This document shows positions 41,812-51,075 of a DNA stretch of 64,000 bases, piece by piece. This stretch comes from an uncultured Gammaproteobacteria bacterium (GTDB taxonomy: Bacteria; Pseudomonadota; Gammaproteobacteria; PS1; Pseudothioglobaceae), in the NCBI GenBank assembly GCA_902556205.1, contig CACDVH010000005.1:9091-73090 (forward strand), written 5' to 3'. Both the position numbers and the translations under genes were made by a program. Under the pieces are notes generated by a model, which searched no databases, was not told the origin of the DNA, and saw only the letters and a program-made list of their open reading frames with translations. Each line of letters opens with the position of its first letter. Within the stretch, counting starts at the first letter, position 1.

Positions 41812-43869
41812 TTATTCTGAGTATAGCTTGATAAGTGTATCAGCTGCAACAACACCGTCTGAGCCTTTTAACACCAATAATGGATTAATGTCCAACTCTT
41901 CAACTGCGTTTGTACGGATTAATTCAATTACTGACATTACAGAATCTATTACAGCTTCAATATCTCCCTTCATACCGCCTCTGTAGCCCTCAAGTAGCTT
42001 GAAGACTTTTAAATTTGATAAAGCCTGACGGATATCTTCTCTACTAACAGGCAACATGAGAACAGAACTATCTTGCAAAAGTTCAACATATATACCGCCA
42101 CCGCCAACAATGATATGCTTCCCAAAGGTAGGATCATAGTCCATACCAATGATGAGTTCGCAAATAGGACTTTCAATCATTTTTTCAATTAAAAGCTCTG
42201 GGCTAATTTTGAATAAGTCATCACAAGCTTCTTTCAGAGTTTTCACATTTTGAATATTCAACCTAACACCATTCAATTCAGTCTTATGTGCTAATTTTGC
42301 ACCCGACACCTTAAGCGTTACTGGAAAGGAAATCTCCTCAGCAGCCTTTATCGCTTCAGTCACATTCTCAACAAGACATCCCATAGGTATTGTTACCCCA
42401 TATTTCTTTAGTAACTGTTTGCCTTGATACTCTGTTAATTGCTGCTTAGATTTATGTTCTGAACTATTTCTCAAAACCTCTAAATCAGGACTTGAATTAC
42501 TTGAAAAAGCCCTCCCAATTTTATAGGAGTGATTGAGCGCTTTTAAACATACATCTAACCCGACCATAGGAGCAATACCCAAACTTAGACACTCCTCTAT
42601 GATTCTTTTTGGCATACAGTCTGCCATAGATGCCAGTACGATTGCTTTTTCACTCGTGCCAGAAAGAGCATCTGAAAGAGCAAATAAAGTTGCGTCCCAG
42701 TCCTTTTGTTCCGATTCCTTAGACTTAGGCCAGTCCAAAAGCAGCATTGTTGCAGCAAATTGGCCACTCATCATGGCACTAAAGCATTCTGACGTTCTCT
42801 TTCTATCGCCCCAAATAAACGTATGGTAATCAAGCGGGTTATCTACCTCAACATAATCGTTTAGCGTCTGCTTAACTTTGGCCTTGTGTGATGAGCTGAG
42901 TGATGGAAAATTAATCTCTAAGCCATCAATTAAATCAGCCATCATTCCTGCCTCTCCCCCTGAGCAACTCATTGATGCGACGCCGCCATGTTCAATGACA
43001 CCCAATACATTGATAAGTTTAAGTGTTTCTAGAAACTCTGGAACAGTCTCTACTCTGGCTATACCAAGTCGCTCAAAAAGGGCATTATATAATTCATCTG
43101 AACCTGTTAATGAGCTTGTGTGGCTAAGAGCAATCTTTGCAGAGGCTTTTGTTTTTCCTGATTTAATAGTAATGATTGGAATTTTCATCATAAGAGCCCT
43201 TTTAGCTGCAATATCAAACGACTTAATGTCAGAAATACCTTCAATGTGGAGGCCAATCGCATTGACTCTTGAGTCATCCAACATCGCATGAATAATGTCT
43301 GCAATATTAGTATTTGTTTGATTTCCAAGAGTAAACATATAGGCAATTGGAAGACCGGAGGACTGCATAGTCATGTTCAGACCTATATTTCCGCTTTGTG
43401 TTATTATTGCAACACCTTCAGATACCGGTTCACAGCCATGAACATCTGGCCAAAGAGCAATCCCATCAAGACTATTTATAAAGCCATAACAATTTGGACC
43501 TATTAGCGGCATTCCAGAAGCAGCTTTCACTAATTGTTGATTGCGCATCAAACCCTCAGCGCCGACCTCTCCAAATCCAGAGGCATACAAAACAGCACCG
43601 CCACCGCCCATAGACTTCAGGTCAGATACAACCTCAATGGCAGACTCTGCATTAACTGCAATAAAAGTAGCGTCTGGAACTTCTGGCAAATCTTTAATGT
43701 CTTTAAAACATTTGATACCTTCAAGTGACTCTAGGTAAGGGTGAACTGCCCATATTTGATGACTATATCCTAATTTAAGAGATTCTCTAATCGCAAAATT
43801 TGCACCTCGATTGCCAACCACAGCGATTGACTTCGGAGAGATTAATCGATGCAAATTGCTTTTGCTCAT
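41812..43869 (-). CDS. NDP-forming acyl-CoA synthetase superfamily protein (CoA-binding + succinyl-CoA-synthetase-like + ATP-grasp); substrate unknown
   Basis: 685 aa. N-terminal CoA-binding Rossmann (SIAVVGN), a phosphohistidine-loop-like ALSHTSSLTGS, NPLDY, and a C-terminal ATP-grasp half (KQLLKKYGV..P, FPV.LK, ...HK...GGV.L). This is the architecture of acetate--CoA ligase (ADP-forming) and DddX. Confidence 0.8.
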   Translation of the reverse strand: MSKSNLHRLISPKSIAVVGNRGANFAIRESLKLGYSHQIWAVHPYLESLEGIKCFKDIKDLPEVPDATFIAVNAESAIEVVSDLKSMGGGGAVLYASGFGEVGAEGLMRNQQLVKAASGMPLIGPNCYGFINSLDGIALWPDVHGCEPVSEGVAIITQSGNIGLNMTMQSSGLPIAYMFTLGNQTNTNIADIIHAMLDDSRVNAIGLHIEGISDIKSFDIAAKRALMMKIPIITIKSGKTKASAKIALSHTSSLTGSDELYNALFERLGIARVETVPEFLETLKLINVLGVIEHGGVASMSCSGGEAGMMADLIDGLEINFPSLSSSHKAKVKQTLNDYVEVDNPLDYHTFIWGDRKRTSECFSAMMSGQFAATMLLLDWPKSKESEQKDWDATLFALSDALSGTSEKAIVLASMADCMPKRIIEECLSLGIAPMVGLDVCLKALNHSYKIGRAFSSNSSPDLEVLRNSSEHKSKQQLTEYQGKQLLKKYGVTIPMGCLVENVTEAIKAAEEISFPVTLKVSGAKLAHKTELNGVRLNIQNVKTLKEACDDLFKISPELLIEKMIESPICELIIGMDYDPTFGKHIIVGGGGIYVELLQDSSVLMLPVSREDIRQALSNLKVFKLLEGYRGGMKGDIEAVIDSVMSVIELIRTNAVEELDINPLLVLKGSDGVVAADTLIKLYSE

Positions 43870-43874
43870 TTTAA

Positions 43875-45032
43875 CTACTCAAAGGGTCTAAGCAAAGATC
43901 TAGAGATAATGTGCCTTTGTATCTCGCTCGTTCCATCCCATATTCTTTCTACTCGATGATCTCTCCATATTCTCTCAAGGGGAAGCTCATCCATCAGTCC
44001 CATGCCACCTAAAATTTGAATAGCCTCATCAGAAATCATTGCCAGAACCTCAGTTGCTTTAAGTTTTGCCATGGCGGCATCACTATTGGTCATCTGACCT
44101 TGAGAATCCTTCCATGCAGCTTTCAAAGTCAGTAATTCTGCTGCATTGAGCTCCATTGACATATCAGCAAGTTTAAATGAAACCCCTTGGAATTTGCCTA
44201 TCGTTTGACCAAATTGTTCTCGTGTTGCAGCCCATTCTGTTGCAATCTGCAAAGCCCTTTCCGCTCTACCAAGACACATCGCAGCAACGGACAATCGAGT
44301 CGCACCCAACCATTCATTAGCCACATCAAAACCATGGTCAACCTCACCGAGAACTTGTGATTCATGCACTCTACAGTTATCAAAATTAAGTATAAAGTTA
44401 TGGTAACCCCTATGAGAAACACTGTTGTAGCCGGGCTCAACTGAGAAGCCTGGCGTACCCATATCGACTAAAAAGCTTGTAATCTTTTTTTTCTCACCCC
44501 TTGGAGTTTGCTCAACACCCGAAGCAGCAAATAATATGACATAGTCAGCCATGTCCGCATGACTAATAAAATGCTTAGAGCCATTAATGACAAAAAATTC
44601 ACCATCTCTCTCCGCTTTACATTTCATTGAGCGAACATCAGAGCCAGCATTTGGCTCCGTCATCGCAAGACAGTCAACCTTTTCTCCCCGAATTGTTGGT
44701 AGCAAATATTCATCGATCTGTGATCCTTTACATGCCAATAAAATATTACTTGGACGAGCTACAATATACTGAAGTCCAAAATTTGCTTTTCCCAATTCTT
44801 TTTCTAATAGGCATAATGTAAGAGAATCTAACCCACCACCACCATGAGTTTCAGGCATATTGCATGCATAAAGTCCACTTTCTATTGATTTTTGCTTTAT
44901 CTGCTCTACAACTGAATCTTCTATTTTATTGTTCTTTTCAACCTCCTCTTCAAAAGGGTAAAGCTCTTTTTCAACAAAACTTTTGACAGAGTCAATAATC
45001 ATTTCTTGTTCGCTTGTAAGTCCAAAATTCAT
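43875..45032 (-). CDS. Acyl-CoA dehydrogenase
   Basis: 385 aa. Contains MTEPNAGSD, FISHA, QFG..IG.FQ and the C-terminal R...I.DGTSEIQR catalytic-Glu region. Confidence 0.92.
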   Translation of the reverse strand: MNFGLTSEQEMIIDSVKSFVEKELYPFEEEVEKNNKIEDSVVEQIKQKSIESGLYACNMPETHGGGGLDSLTLCLLEKELGKANFGLQYIVARPSNILLACKGSQIDEYLLPTIRGEKVDCLAMTEPNAGSDVRSMKCKAERDGEFFVINGSKHFISHADMADYVILFAASGVEQTPRGEKKKITSFLVDMGTPGFSVEPGYNSVSHRGYHNFILNFDNCRVHESQVLGEVDHGFDVANEWLGATRLSVAAMCLGRAERALQIATEWAATREQFGQTIGKFQGVSFKLADMSMELNAAELLTLKAAWKDSQGQMTNSDAAMAKLKATEVLAMISDEAIQILGGMGLMDELPLERIWRDHRVERIWDGTSEIQRHIISRSLLRPFE

Positions 45033-45058
45033 GTCTTTCGCCTCTTATTCAATTAACC

Positions 45059-45583
45059 TTATTTGATCTCCATTACTCGCCCTTTTTGCTTTGGTGAGGC
45101 TAGCTTTTTATGCTCACTCCAAATCTTTTGCAGTATTGTAAATACTGATTGATCTATCTCGCTTGCTTTTGCTTTATTCATATCTACATGAACGAGCATC
45201 TGTTCGGTTGTTGCCAATAATTCTCCACTTTCTCCATGAAACATTTGATGAAAAATGTGAAGTCTCTTTGAGTCAAGACCTAATATTTGAGTAGAAAACT
45301 GTAATGGCTCATTCTCTGATACCTCTAAATAATAATTAATATGCGTCTCTACCGTATAGAAAGACTGTCCCGCAAGCCTATAATCATTATCAATCCCTAT
45401 ATATTGAAAAAGTGCATCTGAGGCATCACCAAAAGCATAAAGATAGAATGACTCGCTCATATGTCCATTGTAGTCAATCCAATCTGTGTGAACTTTGGCA
45501 CTATAAAGGACAAGAGGCTTATCTAATTTATCACTCTCTGAATAATACTGATACTCTCTTGTTAGATATATTTCATTGTCCAT
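45059..45583 (-). CDS. Hotdog-fold (4HBT-type) acyl-CoA thioesterase, betainyl/carnitinyl-CoA-thioesterase-like
   Basis: 174 aa. WIDYNGHMSESFYLYAFGDASDALFQYIGID..YR......YTVETHINYY resembles thioesterases found with carnitine dehydrogenase (CdhB-type). Family assignment is from memory only. Confidence 0.6.
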   Translation of the reverse strand: MDNEIYLTREYQYYSESDKLDKPLVLYSAKVHTDWIDYNGHMSESFYLYAFGDASDALFQYIGIDNDYRLAGQSFYTVETHINYYLEVSENEPLQFSTQILGLDSKRLHIFHQMFHGESGELLATTEQMLVHVDMNKAKASEIDQSVFTILQKIWSEHKKLASPKQKGRVMEIK

Positions 45584-45677
45584 ATTAAATTAAAAAGCAA
45601 ATGCAGAAATTGAATGTTATGAGAACTGAATTAATTATGATTATATAATGGAATGAAAGGCCCTCATCTCTTGAATT

Positions 45678-46283
45678 ATGCACAATTTTTATCGTCAAGC
45701 TAAATTTCTTTTATCTTGTCCATCTATAAAAGGGTGCCCAGATGATAGTGGATACGAAGTGGTATTTGCAGGTCGATCAAATGCTGGTAAATCAAGTGCT
45801 ATTAACACGCTCACAGAACAAAAAAAATTAGCTAAAGTTAGCAGAACTCCAGGAAGGACACAGCACCTTGTTTTTTTTGATCTTGGGAATGACAGAAGGT
45901 TGGTGGATCTTCCGGGCTATGGTTATGCAAAAGTACCTGACTCAGTCAAACAAAATTGGCATCAAAATATGAGTGAATACTTTGATAATCGACAATGTAT
46001 TAAAGCTGCAATACTTGTTATGGATTGCCGTCACCCTTTCAAGCCTTTTGATCAAATGATGCTTGATTGGTGTGTGAATAGTCAAGTCCCTATTAATATT
46101 TTGCTAACTAAGTCTGATAAATTAAAAAGGGGAGCTGCAAGTGCAGCTAAACTTTCCGCATTAAAAGCTGTGAGTAATTTACCTTCAGTTAATGTTCAAC
46201 TTTTTTCTTCTTTAAAAAAAGAGGGAGTTCTAGATCTTAGTAGTTATCTAAACCAAGTATTTGAAATGAGTGATGAGAATTAA
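45678..46283 (+). CDS. engB: Ribosome-biogenesis GTPase EngB/YihA
   Basis: 201 aa. Contains [19 protein letters not shown] and TKSDKL G-motifs. Confidence 0.93.
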   Translation: MHNFYRQAKFLLSCPSIKGCPDDSGYEVVFAGRSNAGKSSAINTLTEQKKLAKVSRTPGRTQHLVFFDLGNDRRLVDLPGYGYAKVPDSVKQNWHQNMSEYFDNRQCIKAAILVMDCRHPFKPFDQMMLDWCVNSQVPINILLTKSDKLKRGAASAAKLSALKAVSNLPSVNVQLFSSLKKEGVLDLSSYLNQVFEMSDEN

Positions 46284-48777
46284 TTTAGATCTTAGCTCAA
46301 TCAAATCAAACGATACTATAATTGTTGCTAACAATCGTCAAGCTCTTGCACTTAAGAAGTCCCTAACACATTCAAATCAAGCTTCTAAAATATCCAAAGT
46401 TTACTCATATCAATCTTTTCTTGAAAAGTTTTGGAAGAGTAGTCCTATAGATCAGGAAAAACGTCTTTTAACTCAGCTTGAATTTCGACTTTTATTAATG
46501 AAGTTCTGTGGTGATGCGTCAATAAAGAATCCTGAAACTTTTATTGAGGAGCTTATTAAATGTTATAGATTATGCAAAAGCCATGAAATTGAAATCCATC
46601 AGCTTTCAAAATTACCTTCAATTCCTACCAAACTATTTGTTCGATTAGTTAGAGAATATGAAGTATTTAAAGTTCATAATAATTGCATTGATCAGACCGA
46701 TATTTTGGATTTAACTATAGATCATTTAAGTCAAGTCAGCGTTGGCACTGGAAATTACTATAGGTACGGATTTAATGAGCCCACACCAGAACAAAATAAG
46801 CTTTTTGAGACATTAGATTGTAAACCACTATTTACAAAGCAGCTAGAGAGCTCTTCTAGAAACTTCACATTTATTGATCAAGAGTCAGAATTAACAGCTA
46901 TTGCAAAATGGGCAAAAAAAACTAGCGCCAAGTATCCAGAACAACAAATTGGTATTGTTGTGCCTAACTTAAATGAATTACAGCATCAGGTTATGTCTAC
47001 TTTTGACCAAGAATTCAACTCTCATCTTTTTGAGATTCATAAAAAGCCCTTCAATATTTCTTTAGGAATTTCTCTAAGTGACTACCCATTAATTAAGCAT
47101 CTTATCTCAATCTTGAGGTTATCAAATCAGTATCAAAATGGTTATCTCGAATCTGAGATATTCATTAAGGTTGTGACGTCTCCTTATATAAAGGGCGCGA
47201 TGAGTGAACAAAATAATCGTGCCGTCTTAACTAGCAAAATACTGCAGTTATCTGCAACCCAGATTAAAACGAATGAAGTTATAAGTTTAATTAGAGATTG
47301 CCCTATTCTTAAAGATATTTTTATCAAGCTGGATAATGCTAGGTTCTCACAAAAAATTACTTTGGAACGATCATTGGATTCAATGAATGCATTTTTGCTA
47401 ATCTGGGGCTTCACTTCAGATAGAAATCTATCGAGTAGCGAATTTCAAGTGTATGAAAAGTATCAGGTTGAAAGTTTGGTACTAAATAAATTATCAAATT
47501 TTCATAAGTTAAACACTCTAGAAGAAGCCCTTAAAATTTTAATAGCACATATGAATGCCGTTATTTTTCAGCCACAAAGTGGTCCTGCGAATATTCATAT
47601 TCTGGGGTCTCTAGAGGCTGAGGGATTATTTTTTGATTTTGCATGGGTCACTAGCATGACGAATAGCTTCCTTCCGGGGAAAATCAAAATGCCTTTATTT
47701 ATTCCACCCAAAATCTCCATAGAATATTCTTTACCAGGCACGAGTTTTGAGCTCATTACCAAAGAAAGTGAAACCACACTTATCAACTTAAAAAATTTAA
47801 GCAATAATCTGACTTTTAGCTATTCAGCCTCTTCGGATAGTCGTGAGCAGCTATCCACTCCCTATCTATTATTTGAGGATTTTCAACCAGTGGAAGAGCA
47901 TCAAGTAGTTCATAGAGAGATGGAGCTAATTGAAGATTTTTCTGGGCCAAAAATTGATAATTTAAACATTAAAAAAGGTGTTAAAACACTTCAAGATCAG
48001 ATGGGTTGTGAATTTAAAGGCTTTGCCAATAGACTGAATTTTCAAGAAATTAATGATCCATCAATAGGCATTAGTAAACTTGAACAGGGAAATATCATTC
48101 ACCATATATTAGAGAGATTTTTCAACGAAGTCCCCTCAAGTTCAGATTTAAAGCAGTTATCAGAAATTAAACTCGACGAATTAATAGAAGCTCACTCTGA
48201 AAATGCCCTTAGAGATGTGCCTCAATCAAATTTTAAATATAATGAAAAGGAAAGAGTTAAAAGGGTGATAAAAAAATACATAGATCTTGAAAAAGATAGA
48301 GAATTTTTTGAAGTTATTGAGACTGAATCTGAAACTCAAGTTGATATTGATGGCTTAAAATTCTCGACCCGGATTGATCGAATGGATCGATTGAAAGATG
48401 GCTCAAAGCTCATTATTGATTACAAGACAGGGAAGAATATTGGATTATCAAAGCTCACTAACAAGCCCTTAGAGCAAGCACAACTTCCAATTTATGCAAT
48501 TTCAAATGAGGTTGATGGAATTGCATTTGCAACAATCAACACTCAAAACTGTGAATTTAAAGCGATTACAAAAAATAAATATGATTTACCAATCAGTAGT
48601 CAATCAATTAATAGAATGCCTGAATGGAAAAAACAAGTATCTGACTGGAAAAGTGAACTGGTCAATGCAAGTCAGCAATTCCAAAATGGAAATGCTCAAG
48701 TTCTACCTTCATCTCATGCTTGCGACTACTGTGATTATGATTTACTATGCAGGGTTGATAAATCGGGAAATGACTGA
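46270..48777 (+). CDS. AddB-like PD-(D/E)XK nuclease with iron-staple Cys cluster (inactivated-helicase N-terminal region)
   Basis: 835 aa. C-terminal RecB-family nuclease motifs ([30 protein letters not shown]) and Cys set C...[10 protein letters not shown] (C-x2-C-x5-C). No Walker A in the N-terminal part. Confidence 0.7.
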   Translation: MMRINLDLSSIKSNDTIIVANNRQALALKKSLTHSNQASKISKVYSYQSFLEKFWKSSPIDQEKRLLTQLEFRLLLMKFCGDASIKNPETFIEELIKCYRLCKSHEIEIHQLSKLPSIPTKLFVRLVREYEVFKVHNNCIDQTDILDLTIDHLSQVSVGTGNYYRYGFNEPTPEQNKLFETLDCKPLFTKQLESSSRNFTFIDQESELTAIAKWAKKTSAKYPEQQIGIVVPNLNELQHQVMSTFDQEFNSHLFEIHKKPFNISLGISLSDYPLIKHLISILRLSNQYQNGYLESEIFIKVVTSPYIKGAMSEQNNRAVLTSKILQLSATQIKTNEVISLIRDCPILKDIFIKLDNARFSQKITLERSLDSMNAFLLIWGFTSDRNLSSSEFQVYEKYQVESLVLNKLSNFHKLNTLEEALKILIAHMNAVIFQPQSGPANIHILGSLEAEGLFFDFAWVTSMTNSFLPGKIKMPLFIPPKISIEYSLPGTSFELITKESETTLINLKNLSNNLTFSYSASSDSREQLSTPYLLFEDFQPVEEHQVVHREMELIEDFSGPKIDNLNIKKGVKTLQDQMGCEFKGFANRLNFQEINDPSIGISKLEQGNIIHHILERFFNEVPSSSDLKQLSEIKLDELIEAHSENALRDVPQSNFKYNEKERVKRVIKKYIDLEKDREFFEVIETESETQVDIDGLKFSTRIDRMDRLKDGSKLIIDYKTGKNIGLSKLTNKPLEQAQLPIYAISNEVDGIAFATINTQNCEFKAITKNKYDLPISSQSINRMPEWKKQVSDWKSELVNASQQFQNGNAQVLPSSHACDYCDYDLLCRVDKSGND

Positions 48778-49821
48778 TAGCCTCTCTTCAGCTAGCTCCT
48801 GAGCAATATTAATATTCTTTAAATCTGATATCTTGATTGAGTTCAGCTGATTTTTTAATTGAACTATTGGAGAGGTATCAATATTTATATATTTAAAGGA
48901 ATCCAAAATTAGCTCAAACCTTTTTTGCCTTCTAAGACCATCAGTTTTTAGATAGAAATTTAGAATCTCTTCAGGCTTATGAGATAAAAAATCAGAAACA
49001 AAATTATGCCAAATTGAAACCAGTTCAGCAATTTGTTGAATATCTTTTGGGCATTTAAGATGTTCACAAAGGAGTCCAATATTGCTCGGATTCTGATCAT
49101 AAAGCCACAAAGCCAAACGAACCTCACTAGTTAAATTTTCATGGTCTAAAAGCTTAAGGTTTGCAGCTTGAGTCATATCAAGCATTGGAAACAATCTTTG
49201 ATAGGCGCCTGATTCAATTAAAACTTCAAAAAAGATAGATGGTGACTCTGAATTCATTGATAGATTAATTTCTTTAAAGACTCTTTCTGGAGTCAACGCA
49301 TCAACCTCACCCGAACTGACCATCATTTTCATTAAATCGAGTGTCTTAGAATCTATCTTGAAACCGAGGTGATTAAAACGGGATGCAAACCTTGCTGTCC
49401 TGAGAATTCTTACTGGATCCTCAGTGAATGCCTCTGACACATGCTTTAGCTTTCTTGCCTTAATGTCATCTAAGCCACCAAAAGGATCAATGTATTCACC
49501 AGAGCCATCCTTATTTTGGGCAATTGCATTGATTGTCAGATCTCTTCTGGAAAGATCTTGTTCTAATGTAACCGATTTTGACGTATTAAATTCAAATCCT
49601 TTATATCCCTTACCGACCTTTCGCTCCAATCGAGCTAGAGCATATTCTTCTTTAGATTGAGGATGTAGAAAAACTGGAAACTCTTTTCCCACTTGGCGAA
49701 AGCCCAATGACTTCATTTCTTCAGGAGATGAATCTACAACGACATAGTCTTTTTCTGTAGATTCAGTGGCAATTCCTAAAATCTTATCTCGGATTGCACC
49801 ACCGACCAAAAATTCTTGCAT
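48745..49821 (-). CDS. cca: tRNA CCA-adding nucleotidyltransferase (class II), no HD motif seen
   Basis: Contains MQEFLVGGAIRD, DYVVV, FPVFLHP...EYALAR.ERK, RRDLTINA and DPVRILR.ARF motifs. Start set at ATG 49821; the ORF is open to 49872. Confidence 0.9.
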   Translation of the reverse strand: MQEFLVGGAIRDKILGIATESTEKDYVVVDSSPEEMKSLGFRQVGKEFPVFLHPQSKEEYALARLERKVGKGYKGFEFNTSKSVTLEQDLSRRDLTINAIAQNKDGSGEYIDPFGGLDDIKARKLKHVSEAFTEDPVRILRTARFASRFNHLGFKIDSKTLDLMKMMVSSGEVDALTPERVFKEINLSMNSESPSIFFEVLIESGAYQRLFPMLDMTQAANLKLLDHENLTSEVRLALWLYDQNPSNIGLLCEHLKCPKDIQQIAELVSIWHNFVSDFLSHKPEEILNFYLKTDGLRRQKRFELILDSFKYINIDTSPIVQLKNQLNSIKISDLKNINIAQELAEERLSVISRFINPA

Positions 49822-49874
49822 ATTTCTTACTCTAGAAATTAAAGTTAAGTATAAATTTCTCTTATAATACACGA

Positions 49875-50249
49875 ATGAATAACAAGAAGAATTTATCCCC
49901 AGAAGCCTATCGTATTACTCAGGAGTGCGGAACAGAACCGCCTTTCACTGGTGAATATTATAACCACAACGAAACTGGAAACTATCATTGCATCTGTTGT
50001 GATGCTGTATTATTTGAATCGTCTACAAAATATGACTCTGGTAGCGGCTGGCCAAGTTTTTATGACCTTGCAAATGGTGGCTGTATTAGGCAGCTAGAAG
50101 ATGATTCCTTGGGGTATATGAGAATAGAAGTAAGATGTTCATCTTGCGATGCACATTTAGGTCATGTCTTTCCTGATGGGCCTCAACCAACTGGAAAGCG
50201 CTACTGCATAAACTCAGTTGCTCTCAACTTTTCCGGTGATGATTCTTAA
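49875..50249 (+). CDS. msrB: Peptide-methionine (R)-S-oxide reductase
   Basis: 124 aa. Contains [49 protein letters not shown]. Confidence 0.96.
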   Translation: MNNKKNLSPEAYRITQECGTEPPFTGEYYNHNETGNYHCICCDAVLFESSTKYDSGSGWPSFYDLANGGCIRQLEDDSLGYMRIEVRCSSCDAHLGHVFPDGPQPTGKRYCINSVALNFSGDDS

Positions 50250-50266
50250 GTGGTAATTTTAGTTTT

Positions 50267-51052
50267 CTAAAATATAAGCACCATAGCTGCTAAAAAACCT
50301 AAGAAAACTGAAAATCCTTTTTTGAGTTTTTTACTGTCCATTTTATGAGTCACTTTTGCTCCAAGTGGTGCAAAAAAAATGCTGGCAGCAACTATTGCAA
50401 AAAGAGCCTCAAAGTTCACAAAGCCAATCCCTCCTGTTGGAAGAGATTGTGAGGATCCTGCAATCATAAACCCAATACTTCCAGCAATCGCAATTGGCAT
50501 ACCTACCGCTGCAGATGTGGCAATGGCATTTTTAATTTTTACATTGTTATAAACTAAAAATGGAGTGGTCATTGTACCGCCACCAATCCCAACCATAGCT
50601 GAAACTAGTCCTATCACATAGCCTACAACAGACCAAATCCATCTAGATAAATTATCGGCATGGCTTGAAGCACTGACGCCAAACCACATAATCAATGCAA
50701 CGGTTATTTCAAATAAAGCAAAGAAAACACGTAAAAAATCAAAGCTTAAATATTTAGCAAGAATAGCACCACTGTATGAACCTAATAAAATCGTTGGCGT
50801 TAGTTTTACAAAGTTTCTCCACAGTATAGCTCCATGACGATGATGGGCATATAGACTAGAAATAGAGGTAAAGACTATTGCGGCCAATGCCGTACCTATT
50901 GCAGTATGCATTAAAATGGATTGGTCAATGGATGGTGCCAACAGGTATAGCAGTACTGGAACAATTATTAGGCCTCCCCCAACACCTAGAAGCCCTGCAA
51001 CAAAACCCGAAAAGGCACCAAGAAGAATAAATAGGATTAACGCTTCACTCAT
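50267..51052 (-). CDS. TauE/SafE-family (DUF81) anion exporter, second copy
   Basis: 261 aa, about 8 TM. Repeated GxGGG motifs (GLLGVGGGLIIVP; VGIGGGTMTTP). Confidence 0.75.
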   Translation of the reverse strand: MSEALILFILLGAFSGFVAGLLGVGGGLIIVPVLLYLLAPSIDQSILMHTAIGTALAAIVFTSISSLYAHHRHGAILWRNFVKLTPTILLGSYSGAILAKYLSFDFLRVFFALFEITVALIMWFGVSASSHADNLSRWIWSVVGYVIGLVSAMVGIGGGTMTTPFLVYNNVKIKNAIATSAAVGMPIAIAGSIGFMIAGSSQSLPTGGIGFVNFEALFAIVAASIFFAPLGAKVTHKMDSKKLKKGFSVFLGFLAAMVLIF

Positions 51053-51075
51053 AACTCATCATTTGATTTATAAGC

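Noticed and set aside
42878-43291. 137-aa plus-strand ORF antisense to the ADP-forming ligase gene, and similar antisense or alternate-frame ORFs (573-836, 2207-2560, 14220-14639, 35214-35522, 58544-58861, 48494-48802 and others)
   Set aside because: All lie entirely inside strongly supported genes. Their composition is low-complexity (Ser/Pro/Ile-rich), they have no recognisable motifs and no RBS. They are typical shadow ORFs.
41011-45032. Reading the ACAD + crotonase pair as the DMSP demethylation enzymes DmdC/DmdD
   Set aside because: The crotonase matches CaiD along its whole length. The ACAD is 385 aa, whereas DmdC is much longer as I recall. No GcvT-type dmdA is present in the window.
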